The notes under the pieces are model-generated. The model made no database searches. It saw nothing but the letters and a program-made list of their open reading frames with translations, and had not been told where the DNA came from. Source: Octopus vulgaris (Eukaryota). From it: a stretch of DNA of 64,000 bases. The stretch is from positions 42,594,001 through 42,658,000 of the forward strand of contig OX597830.1 of assembly GCA_951406725.2 (NCBI GenBank), written 5' to 3'. Positions 52,938-64,000 of the stretch are shown here, piece after piece; position 1 is the first letter of the stretch; every line of letters begins with the position of its first letter. A program made the translations under genes and the position numbers.

Positions 52938-54578
52938 CTGAATAATGATTGTTAAAAAAAAAAAAAAATTTTAATTATAAATATTTCTTGCAGTGAAAGG
53001 CACCACTTTATGGTAATAAATTATAACTCATTACTGTTTTCACATCCAGTTGCAATATTCAGATATCTTTTGTTTAAAACATTATATTTCCAGCTTTCAG
53101 CAGTTTTGAATCTTTGTTTACAAATATTTTGAATTGGTTTCCCACAGCTTTGTTCAGGTACATACAAAGCTTAGAATTGTGAAGTCAGGAAACAAAAGGA
53201 GCAAAGCCCATTTCATAGCCAAAAGCTTTAGCAACAGCCAAAAACTTAAACCAGGTCCCTAACACAGTTTACCTACTCCCTCCACTAACTTGTCAGTAAG
53301 AACTAAGCTTGAGCATAACACAGTAAGCTGATAAAATAGTACACAACTTCACAGTGTTTGTTCTGTATTTATCACTGTATCTACTGACAACAGTCAGACT
53401 ACAGTATCTTTATCAAGATAAGAATCCTCTTTGGTTGCCAGCTTTACCAGCAGCAACTCTTTACAAAAATGCATTAACCAAGTCAGCTTCATAACACTAG
53501 TTTACTGATATCATTTTGGGACTTCTACAACTGCTTTAGATTTTCACATTATTTTCCTTTTACTTACAACTACAACATTTACATCAGAATCCCTAAAACT
53601 TGTGCATATGAAATCTATGATTCTATATCCTCAAAAGGTGTTCATGACTTTTCTACTATTGCTGTCTCTTTAAAAATAATTTTTACAACTAAGCTAAACT
53701 ATCCACATAATCATAGATAATTTAGTAACAATGCTATTGATGTATAGTGAATTACAAATGTATCAAAGAATATCTGTCACATGGACCGTGTATGTCACAG
53801 GGATATACAAAAATGATTTCTTTCATTGATATGAGGTTCAAATATTTAGCAATGAATTCTATTAAATCAAATAAAGCACATGCTAGTATTTCTATAAGCA
53901 ACACCAGAGAGATGAAAGGCATAGTTGTCCCTAGAAGAATATGAACACAGAGAAGAAAGAAATGTAACTATATACTGATAGAATACATAGTATTCCAGTA
54001 CTTATTTCATACAACAGCAATAATGGTATAAGTTACAGCAAAACAACTAATGGGAAATCACTCTTGCAATCTACAGGCAATTGTTGGTTAGGGTTACAAA
54101 TAGAAAAAGGAAAGTCAGCTTTGATGGGATTTGAACTCAAAACTTAAGGCACTGACACTTCTTTTTCAGTCATTCAGATTAAAAATACAGCTCAATTCCT
54201 GTATGGAGTAGGCTGAGTTAATTAAAACTAATTCAATTACATTACTAATAATAATTACTTTATGAATCACAGAAATTTGAAAGGCAAAACAATCCCAAAG
54301 GGAATTTCAAGTCTTACTTAGCTTTGCATTTTATTTCACCATGAAATCATTCAAATTTCAACAAATTCAATATTAACACAAAAGAGGTAAATAAAATTTT
54401 AAAAAGAAAATTTCCAATCATAATCAATGTAAGTATTAATAAAACTGTTGACCCAGAAGAATTGGAAATTATTATGTCCACAAACTACAGCAAAAACTGC
54501 CAGCTCATTCTTACAAAACGAAGCAGGCTTTAATTAGTCTTGCCTCAAGGAACAAGCGGATAAAATGAAAATACTTAC

Positions 54579-54714
54579 TTAATTTCTCAATTTTCTTTAT
54601 GTTCTTTTGGTTTTCTGAATATAACTTCTTGTATTCTTCAGAACACTTTTTAACTCGAAGTTGCCATCCTTCACGTTCATTCATAAGTTCTCTGCTCTGT
54701 ATATTTAAAGAAGA
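54579..54714 (-). CDS. TAX1BP1: TAX1BP1-like coiled-coil exon
   Basis: ttgtgcag|SSLNIQSRELMNEREGWQLRVKKCSEEYKKLY...KIEKL A|gtaagt; 136 nt, phase 0/1. Confidence 0.92.
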
Positions 54715-55465
54715 CTGCACAAAAATGAATAATAAATAACATTAACCAAACTATCATCAAGACAATAATCAAAATTTACAGTAGATTATTGGGGAAGGAG
54801 TTGGGAGAGTGCAGATAAATTCAAACATTGAAATCAAACGCATAAACCTTCATAGACTGGTGTCCAATCTATGGTAAGAGTTGCTTCTCAACAGCTGATA
54901 TTTCACAGTGAGCAAACATCTGATATTTTTAGTGCACACTTAACAGTGCAAAGTTTGTTATTAAGACCTACAGCCATTGTCACACAAATATTTCTCAGGC
55001 CCAAGAACATCCCTCTCAGTGTTTTTGGATTTATTAATTATTGGTTTCTTTTTTCTTTTCAATGCACAAGGTCAATTTTTTTGTGGAAGTAAGGCACAGG
55101 TGAATGAATTAAATCCTGAGAGCTACATGTTTTACTGACCCCTTCAAAATGAGCAAAGTGTGAAGATGATCCTGAATTTGAATCCACAGTGGACTAAATA
55201 CTATAAGACATGTAATCCAGTATGTTTATCATTGCTTCACATCAGATTTATTATCAATGTTACTACTAAAACAGTGATATATTCATACATACATACACAC
55301 ACACACACATATATATTTGAAACAACCAAATCTTAATCAGTCAGTTGATGGGCTCCACTACTTCAAATGTTCTTAAAATTTAAATCCACATCTTTGTCTA
55401 TATATCTTCTTCTCCATAATGTTGCCACTTGATATGAAAATTTTTGTATTAATGGAAAACCTCTA

Positions 55466-55558
55466 TAATTGGCTGATGAGTACTCAGCATTTTAAATCTG
55501 TTGTAATACTTACAACATTTAATAAAATTATGTAGTACGAAACGATTGTACCAAATTA
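55466..55558 (+). ncRNA. Type I hammerhead ribozyme (Penelope/retrozyme-type) with intact core
   Basis: Stem I UAAUUGG/CCA(A)AUUA; CUGAUGA 55473-55479; stem II GUACU/AGUAC capped by a long hairpin; GAAAC-GAUU-GUA; predicted cleavage after 55550. Confidence 0.82.
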
Positions 55559-55933
55559 CCGGAGTAATTCTTGTTGCTTATTTTGATTATATATATATGT
55601 ATATATATATATATACATACATGCATATGGATGAGAAAACCTGGTATTTACAATGATGAGTGTTCCAGCTGAGCCAATCAATAGAATAGCAAACTTGTGA
55701 AATTAACATGCAAATGGTTCACCACTCAACAGGCACACATAATGTAGTTCTCAGGGAGATTCAGTGTGACAAGGCTGGCCCCTTTTGAATTACAGGTACA
55801 GCTCAATTTTGCCAGCTAAGTGGACTGGAGTAATGTGAAATAAAGTGTCTTGCTCAAGGACAACTCACCACTGGAAATCAAACTTTACAATCATGAGCTA
55901 AATATCCTATCCATTAAATCACACACCTTCATC

Positions 55934-55968
<35 letters not shown>

Positions 55969-55987
55969 TATTCTAATGAATACTTAC

Positions 55988-56146
55988 AAGTTTGTTAGTG
56001 AGCTCCTCATTGCGTGATGACAATTCTTGATTCTGTTTATGCAATTTAGCATATCTCTCCTTCAAAGTTTCTTGTGCTTTCTGCAAGTGGTATATCGACT
56101 GAGGAGGTAATAAATTGCTTGCTTCTTTCTTAAGGTTTTCATTGGC
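55988..56146 (-). CDS. TAX1BP1: TAX1BP1-like coiled-coil exon
   Basis: tctttcag|ANENLKKEASNLLPPQ...NEELTNKL|gtaagt; 159 nt, phase 0/0. Confidence 0.92.
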
Positions 56147-57100
56147 CTGAAAGAAAAATACACATATTGAAGAGTAAAACATGTAAGCGTAAAAGTATTG
56201 TTTCTAAACAATAATTTAAAATGTAGGAAATATACAGAAAAAAAAATTATTTTTTAAAAATAAATCTACAAACATTTTTCCATAGCAAAAATGGGCTAAG
56301 TACTTTTGTAGCTGGATATTCAGCTTACTGTAAAACACACAAATGCCAAGTAGAAGCAGATCCCAAAGTCAGTTGGCTAAACAGGCAGAAACAAGCACAG
56401 CTTAAAAACCTTATAACTAGGAAAATATTTCTCTCTTACCTACTTAATATCAAGAAGCCAAATCTAAGCAAGCATTGATCCTTAAACCACACAATATTGC
56501 CAAAATATTTACAATTATTTTAGTTTTACAACTTTCCATAGCTAGGAAAAGGTGTGGTTATGTGGTTAAGAAGTTTGCTACCTAACCACACAGTTTCAGG
56601 TTCAGTTCCACTGCAATGGCACCTTGGCAAGTGTCTCCTATTATAGACCCAGGCCAACCAAAGCACTGTATGTGGATTTGGTAGATGGAAACTGAAAGAA
56701 TCCCAGTGTGTGCATGCATATTAAGTTTGTGCCTGCTTGCCTTGATATAGTGTGATAGGTGTAACTGAATGTCACTGTCATATAAGCAGTATTGTTCATT
56801 TTCAATATTCTGTGAAATTGTGTCTGAAAATATTACTTTGCTTGGAAAAAAGCAAAGGTTTGACAACAATGAGGCATTTGGCAATAGATAAATTTGCCTC
56901 AATAAAAACTCCTTCCAACCCAAGTTAAGATGATGACGATGATGATGAAGAAGAACTGTACTTGTGGCTGTTCTTCAAATGAAATTGGTTAATCCAAAAT
57001 TTGTTTTGAATTGTTATCAGTATAATCTTTAAATTGGAAAATACAATGCTGTCAAAAGTAAATAATAAAAATCTATGAAGAATGGAATAACTAAAATTAC

Positions 57101-57208
57101 CTCTGTAAGGTTGTCAATTTCCTCCTTTTTAAGTACTTTGAATTCTTGGAACTCTTTAGCCATTTTATCCATTTGTGCCTTCAAGGTGAGAGATTCACCT
57201 CTGGCTGT
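57101..57208 (-). CDS. TAX1BP1: TAX1BP1-like coiled-coil exon (absent from the ORF track)
   Basis: caattag|TARGESLTLKAQMDKMAKEFQEFKVLKKEEIDNLTE|gtaatt; 108 nt, phase 0/0. Confidence 0.9.
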
Positions 57209-57946
57209 CTAATTGAATGAAAAAAAGGAGAAAAATCAATAAAAAATCATTGTGTCAGCCATAAATTCTTTTTAACAGTAAGAAGGTGCTAGAAGAGACA
57301 TTTAACCTATGAATTCCCCACACTACTCGGCACCTTTGTTGCAACTTTAAGCAAAACATGTCACTGCTAACCTGAAGAACACAACACAAATACACTGTAC
57401 ACTAAAAAGTGAAAGTAACACTGCTTGATTCTGATGATGTTTGAACAACATAGTCAAACATGCCTGACAAGGAACATTTCATCTCGATTTTTGGAAGCTT
57501 AAATTTAATGAATTCTAATTACGATGAAAAAGATTTTTTTTAGGCCATCATTCGGACGAAATTGATATTGGATTTTGTAAAGGAAGGAATATTTGTTATC
57601 AAACATTGAAATTAAACAGAATTGCAAGTAAAATTGTAATGGAATAAGAAGAACTAAATTCTACATTTAATTCATGTCTCAGTACACGTGAAAAGAATAT
57701 TTTTTTGTAGTCTTAAATTAATAAATGCTGCATAGCCACATAAAAAAGTTATTGAGTGGCTAATCTAACAGCAGGCAAAACTTGAGAAAAACACAAATCA
57801 TGCACATGCATGTACACACACGTATGTATGTACATATGCATGTGTGTGTGTGTGTGTAATCCCCAAGGCTATAAAGAATCTAAGCAATTCTCACCTTTTC
57901 AATAACAACATATTTCAAATATTTAGCAACATAAGGTTTAACTTAC

Positions 57947-58084
57947 TTCCAAATCAGCAGACATTTTCACAAGAGTCACTTCATATGCTGACAGTTCTTT
58001 TTGCAACATTTCTTTGGTGCTTTCAGCAGCAGACAACTTGTCTTCCGAGTTTCTCAATTTTTCTCCGAGTCTTGTAATTTCTTC
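57947..58084 (-). CDS. TAX1BP1: TAX1BP1-like coiled-coil exon
   Basis: ctctaaag|EEITRLGEKLRNSEDKLSAAE...MSADLE|gtaagt; 138 nt, phase 0/0. Confidence 0.92.
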
Positions 58085-58289
58085 CTTTAGAGTTGAAAAT
58101 GAAAAGGAATAAACAATGAAAATAATGACAATAACAAAAATAATATTGCCTCTTACTTTAATATTCAACACTATGTAGTTTAAAAAAAAATCAAATCAAA
58201 GTTGTAGATTTAGATAATAGAATGTTGTCCCAAGCAAAGAGTTGACAGTTTTATCCTATCTCTGACTACACAGGTTCTATAGCCACAAC

Positions 58290-58514
58290 GGCATCGGTTG
58301 TTAGTTGTCGGAGCACTGCATCCTTCAAAACTTCCATGCTTCCTGAGATTCTCCAACACTACACTTGATTTTCTCCCCTCCATACACACACAAGCATGTT
58401 CACTTTCCAGACATTTCTACATTGCTGCATGTACTTTATATGCACTTTCTGACAAGTTGTGGTGCACCTGAGCACTGTATACGATAATTTCATTATTATT
58501 ATTATTATTATTAT
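58290..58514 (+). mobile_element. CR1 3' UTR-only copy (a shorter one lies at about 50863-50962)
   Basis: Near-identical to 34013-34240: gttgttagttgtc...gcactgcatccttcaaaacttcc...cattattatt. Confidence 0.85.
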
Positions 58515-59213
58515 AACAGAAGATGCTCAAATGCTCACTTTACCCCTTGTAAACAGGTTTCATGAGGAAGTACAGTTCACTACTGTATACAGTGATGGAG
58601 TGAAATACTAAAACTGACAGAGATTTCAAGATAAAGAAAGGCTCTTCAACCTCACAGTTCAAACCTGCAACAGGGTAAAGAAGGTCCTTCTGACTTTTCA
58701 CATTTGTAGTTGTACAGGGACTATGTGGATAAGTTTAGGACTATTTGCTTGGTGAATTCAAATCTTCTCTAGGTACCTGGAATAGGTACCCTGTCATATG
58801 GTAATGATGCTACATGGAATAGAGTGGTATCTAATCAAGATGAAAATTTCTCTCAGGAAATCAGAATGTATAGAGCAGGAGCAAACAAAACACTGAATGT
58901 TGTGAGAAACAACAACAGCAACAACAACCTTTTCTACTCTAGGCACAAGTCCTGAAATTTTGGAGAAAAGGGCTTACTGATTTCATCAACTTCCACCAGT
59001 AGATGACAGGTATATATATTTCCTTGATCTCAAAAGGATGAAAAGCAAAGTTGACCTTTGCGGAATTTGAACACAGAATATGAAGATGGAAGAAATACTA
59101 CTAAGCATTTTGTCCCATGAACTAATGATTCTCCTTGCTTGCCACCTGCCAACAATGATATTCTGATGGTGCATTACAAACTTACATACAACTGTTTAAA
59201 TGAAAACATTTAC

Positions 59214-59381
59214 CTTTTTGGAAATTAATAATGGGTCCTCCATTTGAGCTTTTCTTTTACATACATCAAGTTCTCTTTGACATCGATCTTTGCTTAGTGC
59301 CATGTCCTTCAGAGCTTTGCGCAGCTTTTCTGTTTCTTCTTGGGTTTCAAATACAGATTGTTCCCGATTAGAGAGCTGAGA
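59214..59381 (-). CDS. TAX1BP1: TAX1BP1-like coiled-coil exon (absent from the ORF track)
   Basis: aatttag|SQLSNREQSVFETQEETEKLRKALKDM...MEDPLLISKK|gtaaat; 168 nt, phase 0/0. Confidence 0.9.
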
Positions 59382-60034
59382 CTAAATTTTAGAAAAGAAA
59401 TGCAAATAAAGAAATAATCCAGTGTTCACTTCATTTAAATTTTATTAAAAAAAAAAAGCAGTAATATATTGAAATTTTTGCAAACGAGTATTTTCTTTTT
59501 CCACTTTTACATATGTTACAAGATGTTTATAAGTGTACAAACTTTATTTCTAAACTAATTACTTTTCACAAACATGGACAATTTCAGAGGGCTTTTAAGA
59601 TAGCAGAAGACCCTATCTTTATTCTTTGACTAACAGATGTACCAACAAAGAAGCCTTTTTGCTCATCAAATTACCTAATTCTTGAATACATACATTATCT
59701 CAAGTTGATTTCAAACTAGGTACTTTTATTTCAACATGAAAGGTAATAGCATCTTTATTTGCTCAAGAAACAAGGCACCTTATGATAATAGATAAATGAA
59801 CTGATAAAAACATACTATAAATGTAAATACTGTATAAGAGCAAAAGACTAAATTGATAATCTAAAAAAGTTCCAGTCTCAATAACAATTTCAAACTTAAT
59901 TTCAAACTTTTAAATATCAAAAGATTATACTTTGAATTTTTTATATAGATTTAAATGAAAGTAATAGTTAGGAAAGGACAAACTGCAATGGCAACAATTC
60001 ATCTCAGAAATACAGATGTATGCTCAAAATATAC

Positions 60035-60178
60035 CTTATACATTTCTTTTTCTTCTTCCAATAATTTACATTTGCCAACTGCTTCATCTTTTTCATTGAG
60101 TAATAATTTGACATTTTCGTTCAGATCAGTAATTTCTTGCTTCTGTTTGTCCACTTGATCTTTCAATGTGCTATTTTG
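60035..60178 (-). CDS. TAX1BP1: TAX1BP1-like coiled-coil exon (absent from the ORF track)
   Basis: tttaaag|QNSTLKDQVDKQKQEITDLNENVKLLLNEKDEAVGKCKLLEEEKEMYK|gtatat; 144 nt, phase 0/0. Confidence 0.9.
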
Positions 60179-60746
60179 CTTTAAATAAATAGAAAAAAAA
60201 TTAACATCACAATATGAATAGCAAAAAATGTCAACCAGACAGTGGAGGAAAGAAAATATAGCTTACTCCAACAAATCTGAAAATAGGGTATGGGCCCTTT
60301 GAGGCAGCCTTTTCAAAGCTACTTGATCTACTAAAAATAATAGCCACATCTCTCTCTCTCAAATCACACCTTAATGTCTTAAATACAGATGGATACATTG
60401 AACAATGTAGTCCCTTGCATACTAAATGACAAAATGGTTACTGCTAGAACACCCATTTTTATCATAGACTTCTTTAATTAGAGCAGACATGAGGTAAAAT
60501 AAACAACAAATATAGAGACTCTGAAGAAGAAAGAGAGAGAGAGAGAGAGAGAGAGTGTGTGTGTTGGTATTCTCTTCAAAGGGTCATGGCTTTGCACTTA
60601 TCACTAGTGCTGCATTGTCTATGATAAAGTTCCCTTAACACTTTATGCAGTAAACCAAAGTGACTATACAACAGTTACTATGAGAAATCAATACAAGAAG
60701 AAAGAGAATTATTTTCTCAATGATGGATGAATGAATGCAAACTTAC

Positions 60747-60956
60747 TTCATTAACAGACTCAAGCTCTGATGACAACTGCTGGAGTTTTGCTTCTGCATC
60801 AGAAATTTCCTTTCCTAACTCCTTGATTTTAACACAAGCTGTTCTCAGATCTTCAGTCACTGCCATTTTGCTTTTCAGTTCTTCATCCGTTTCTTTTTCT
60901 AGTTGGGAAACTTTAATCATCAAAGTTGAAATTCTTGTTTTGTATTCTTCAATGTT
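60747..60956 (-). CDS. TAX1BP1: TAX1BP1-like coiled-coil exon
   Basis: ttctttaag|NIEEYKTRIS...ELESVNE|gtaagt; 210 nt, phase 0/0. Confidence 0.92.
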
Positions 60957-62274
60957 CTTAAAGAAAACAAAAACATAAATTAGGTTGTTTTTTTTTAAGA
61001 ACGGACAAAAAAATGTCAAAACACTTGCAATGATGTGATCTAATATGAAACTACTGTTCCAAGGGATCATAAATGGAAAAAGTTTGTAGAAGTTGATAGA
61101 TTCACATGTCAGACATGGTCATAACCTTTGCTAATGTCTAGGGCAACAACTTTGCTTTCACCAAATGGTGTCCACTGGTGAATAATACAAAATGTTAGGT
61201 CTCTAGTAGACTTTATGGAAGCCATTCTGAGAGAGGAATGTTCATGTAAGAGAGAGATTCAAGCTGTCGTAGAGCATCATTATTTATGTCTGTTCCCATT
61301 ACCTTTGAGATATAAGAAGTGAGACAACAGGATGATTAGATGAATTGTATAGTGAAGGAAAGAGACGTACAGTAGCAGGTTTTCTTCATAAGTTTGACCT
61401 TAACTGTAGATAGTGAAATTAACTGTAGATAGTGAAACATCTTATCAATTGTACTCAAGTGAATCAGACATGAATGTAGCCAACTGAACACTCAGAAGCA
61501 CAGACTTTGTTGTAAAGCTGTGTTGCTGTCCAGATTGATTATATCTAATGAAAAACCACTGGTCTTGGATAAAGGACAGTTTGGCAAAATGAATAGAGTT
61601 GGGGAGTATTATTCTCACATACTTGATACGTTTGGTTGAGCTTTCTGGCTTTATCGCAAAAGGATCTCTACAAACATTGCCAAATCTTTTTAACTCCCTC
61701 TCCTTAACCAAAGTGGGTCTAAAATCAGATTCCTTGTACTTAAAGCCTCTAAATTTGCTTCCTATTCCAAAATGAAATCAATAACAGAAATCACCTTAAT
61801 TATCTACCTCTAACAACCCACTTCACAAAGTTAGCAAGTGGGAAAACTACTCCAGTTACTTCAACTAAACTGAGTCATGAGCCTTTTCAGGGGTTTCAAG
61901 ACTGGTACAAAGGAGGAAGGAAAGCATCCTCAAAATGAAAATCTGGCCCTAATGTTTCAACCAAGTAGGCAACCAAATAGTAATCAAATCTCTCTCAAAT
62001 CACAGCCTACTGTCCTGAATACGGAAGGATGCATTGGATGATGTAGCCCCTTACATATGAAATGAAAAATGAAATGGTAACAGACAGAATGCTCGTTCTT
62101 GTCATAGGTTTTTTTTTAACAAAGTTCACCTGAGACTAAACAGAGGATCTCTGAAGGCTGAAGTTCCCCCAAGGGACCTGTCCTTAATGCTTGCAAAAAG
62201 TGGACTCTGTTAAAGAAACCTCAAGCCCTATGTGGTGGTGTTATGTTGAGCAATGGCTTAAGTCTACCAAACAA

Positions 62275-62409
62275 GTAAGATTTGAACTCAGAATGCAAAG
62301 ACCTGGAACAAATACCACAGTAAGATTTGAACTCAGAATGCAAAGACCTGGAACAAATACCACAGTAAGATTTGAACTCAGAATGCAAAGACCTGGAACA
62401 AATACCACA
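62275..62409. repeat. Perfect 45-bp x3 tandem repeat derived from a SINE B-box segment
   Basis: gtaagatttgaactcagaatgcaaagacctggaacaaataccaca at 62275, 62320 and 62365. Confidence 0.95.
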
Positions 62410-62869
62410 AGGCATTTCATTCATTGCTCTCATGTTTTCACAAGTCCATTGCCCTAGACTGGTACTTTATACATTAATCCCAGAAAGTAGAGTAGACTTT
62501 AGCCAGATCTGAATTCAAAATGCAGAAAGCTGACATAAATACTGAAATGTCTTTTAGCTGACATTCTAATAACCATACCAATTCACTGCCTAATGTGAAT
62601 GGCAAATGAGGAATGGACAAAGTAGAAAATAAAATGTTAAGTAATGTAACCATTTTCACATAACATGTACTCTAAATAGTGAGCTAAAAATTATTTAACA
62701 TTGAATGTAAAAAAATTTTCCAAATGTCTCTCCTGAAGGGCTCTATCAAAAATGGTGGATATTTTGGGTCCTTCCATCACTATAAATCCAATTTGGCTTC
62801 TCACTGAATTGAATCTTGCCAACACAAAACACACAAGTATGATTAAATCCAGGTGATCATGTCTCTCAC

Positions 62870-63096
62870 CTCTAAAAGTGCACTTTTCTCCACCTCTGCT
62901 TTCCTCAGGTTGTCTTCCAAGACAAATGTTTTGGAATGGATTACCAACATATCATTCTCATCGTCTAACATTTCAACAAAGTCATCAGCTCGAGGTTTCT
63001 TGAATTGAAAAGGTGTACTTGCTCCTTTTACTTGCCCTGTTGATGCAACATAACAGAACTGGTAAAACTCCCCATCATCTCCTGGCATTTGATGTG
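62870..63096 (-). CDS. TAX1BP1: TAX1BP1-like exon: SKICH C-terminal part, LIR-like DMLVI, start of coiled coil
   Basis: Acceptor ttttgcag|CA CAT CAA ATG (phase 1); HQMPGDDGEFYQFCY...KSALLE; donor GAG|gtgaga (phase 0); 227 nt. Confidence 0.95.
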
Positions 63097-63120
63097 CTGC
63101 AAAAAGATGTAAAAAAAAAG

Positions 63121-63151
<31 letters not shown>

Positions 63152-63256
63152 CAAAGTTAATCCAAACATGAAAACACAAAGAGAAATCACAACAACGCGA
63201 GGACATGGAACAAGTATAGTGTTATTGGACGCTCAGAAAAGGAAAGAAAGAAGGAG

Positions 63257-63293
63257 GATTTAACGTTTCGAGTGTAGCTCTTCGTCAGAAACA
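63257..63293 (-). ncRNA. Minimal hammerhead-like motif in a Penelope-type repeat (about 63155-63365), intronic and sense to TAX1BP1
   Basis: GUUU-CUGACGA-A-GAG(CUACA)CUC-GAAAC-GUU-AAAU; a CpG-decayed copy of the same family lies at 32850-32885 (-). Confidence 0.62.
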
Positions 63294-63589
63294 TAGGAAG
63301 AGGAAAGATCCAAGGAAGGGTAGACGGAGGAAAAAAAAATCGCCAACGATACACACGCAGTCACATATATATTAAGAAAAAGGAGGTAAACAAAATTTTG
63401 GACAATTCTTTATTAGCAGTTTCATTCATTCATACAGAATCTACAGATGTCTCCGTAAGAATTATCCAAAATTCTGACTACCTCCTTTTTCTTAATATAT
63501 AGAATCTGTACATCACTTCAAACAATCTATACATATATTACACACACACACATATATATATATATATATGAAACCTAGTGTTAATATGT

Positions 63590-63960
63590 GGAGGTGTAAT
63601 GGCCCAGTGATTAGGGCAGCAGAATTATAGTCATAGGATCATGGTTTTGATTCATAGACTGGGCGTTGTGAGTGTTTATTGAATGAAAACACCTAAGGCT
63701 CCGGCAGGAGGTGGTGGCGAACCCTGCTGTACTCTTTTGCCACAGACTTTCTCTCACTCTTGCTTCCTGTTTCTATTGTACTTGTATTTCAAAGGGCCAG
63801 CCTTGTCACATACTGTGTTACACTGAATCTCCCCGAGAACTACATTAAGGGTACACATGTCTGTGGAGTGCTCAGTCACTCGCACGTTAGTTTCATGAGC
63901 AGGCTGTTCTGTTGATTGGATCAACTGGAACCCTCATCGTCATAACCAACAGAGTGCCAC
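63590..63960 (+). mobile_element. tRNA-derived SINE family C
   Basis: tggcccagtgattagggc (A box)...ggttttgattc (degenerate B box); (AAC)n tail; its 3' part matches about 55660-55780 in inverted orientation. Confidence 0.65.
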
Positions 63961-64000
63961 AACAACAACAAGTGTTAATATCATCATTTTTATATATGTG

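Larger units (their letters stand above)
48731..63096 (-). other. TAX1BP1: TAX1BP1/CALCOCO-family selective autophagy receptor gene (5' part lies outside the window); 12 coding exons here
   Basis: SKICH motif PGDDGEFYQFCYVASTGQVKGASTPFQF, then a long coiled coil, LLYGNPY and tandem C-terminal zinc fingers. All 11 internal introns are GT-AG, and the phases chain into one open frame (2219 nt including the stop). Confidence 0.93.

Noticed and set aside
61080-61740. Possible degenerate LINE endonuclease or extra TAX1BP1 exon (ORF 61445-61711)
   Set aside because: Only faint motif resemblance, no coiled-coil character or good splice sites, and the flanking exons already join in frame.
62275-62409. 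Possible CRISPR-like array or repeat protein (VRFELRMQRPGTNTT x3)
   Set aside because: Contiguous units without spacers, SINE-derived, in an intron of a eukaryotic gene.

Overview
AT-rich, microsatellite-saturated animal genomic DNA. Its SINE and repeat complement looks like octopus (coleoid cephalopod) DNA, an inference from repeat recognition rather than a search. One protein-coding gene is well supported: a TAX1BP1/CALCOCO-family selective-autophagy receptor on the minus strand. Twelve phase-consistent GT-AG exons run from 63096 down to the stop at 48731 (about 738 codons in the window; the first SKICH exons lie beyond 64000). They encode the SKICH C-terminal part, a non-canonical LIR-like motif, a long coiled coil, a YGNPY motif and two UBZ-type zinc fingers. 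Bases 1-48 kb hold no supportable host exons and are mostly transposon debris: Tc1/mariner fragments and a MITE, a decayed full-length pogo element, hAT and piggyBac-type MITEs, four R4/Dong-type LINE pieces near TAA/TAG repeats, CR1-type 3' ends, tRNA-derived SINEs, and a Gypsy integrase plus one LTR nested in a LINE with an exact CTAG target duplication. The most notable unannotated signal is about ten hammerhead-ribozyme(-like) motifs from several distinct Penelope/retrozyme-type repeat families. Most have a palindromic minimal stem III and many lie in head-to-head inverted repeats. Two look catalytically intact: 45796-45887 (-, sense to TAX1BP1, downstream of its stop) and 55466-55558 (+, intronic, antisense). 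Nearly all ORFs in the supplied track are microsatellite artefacts.
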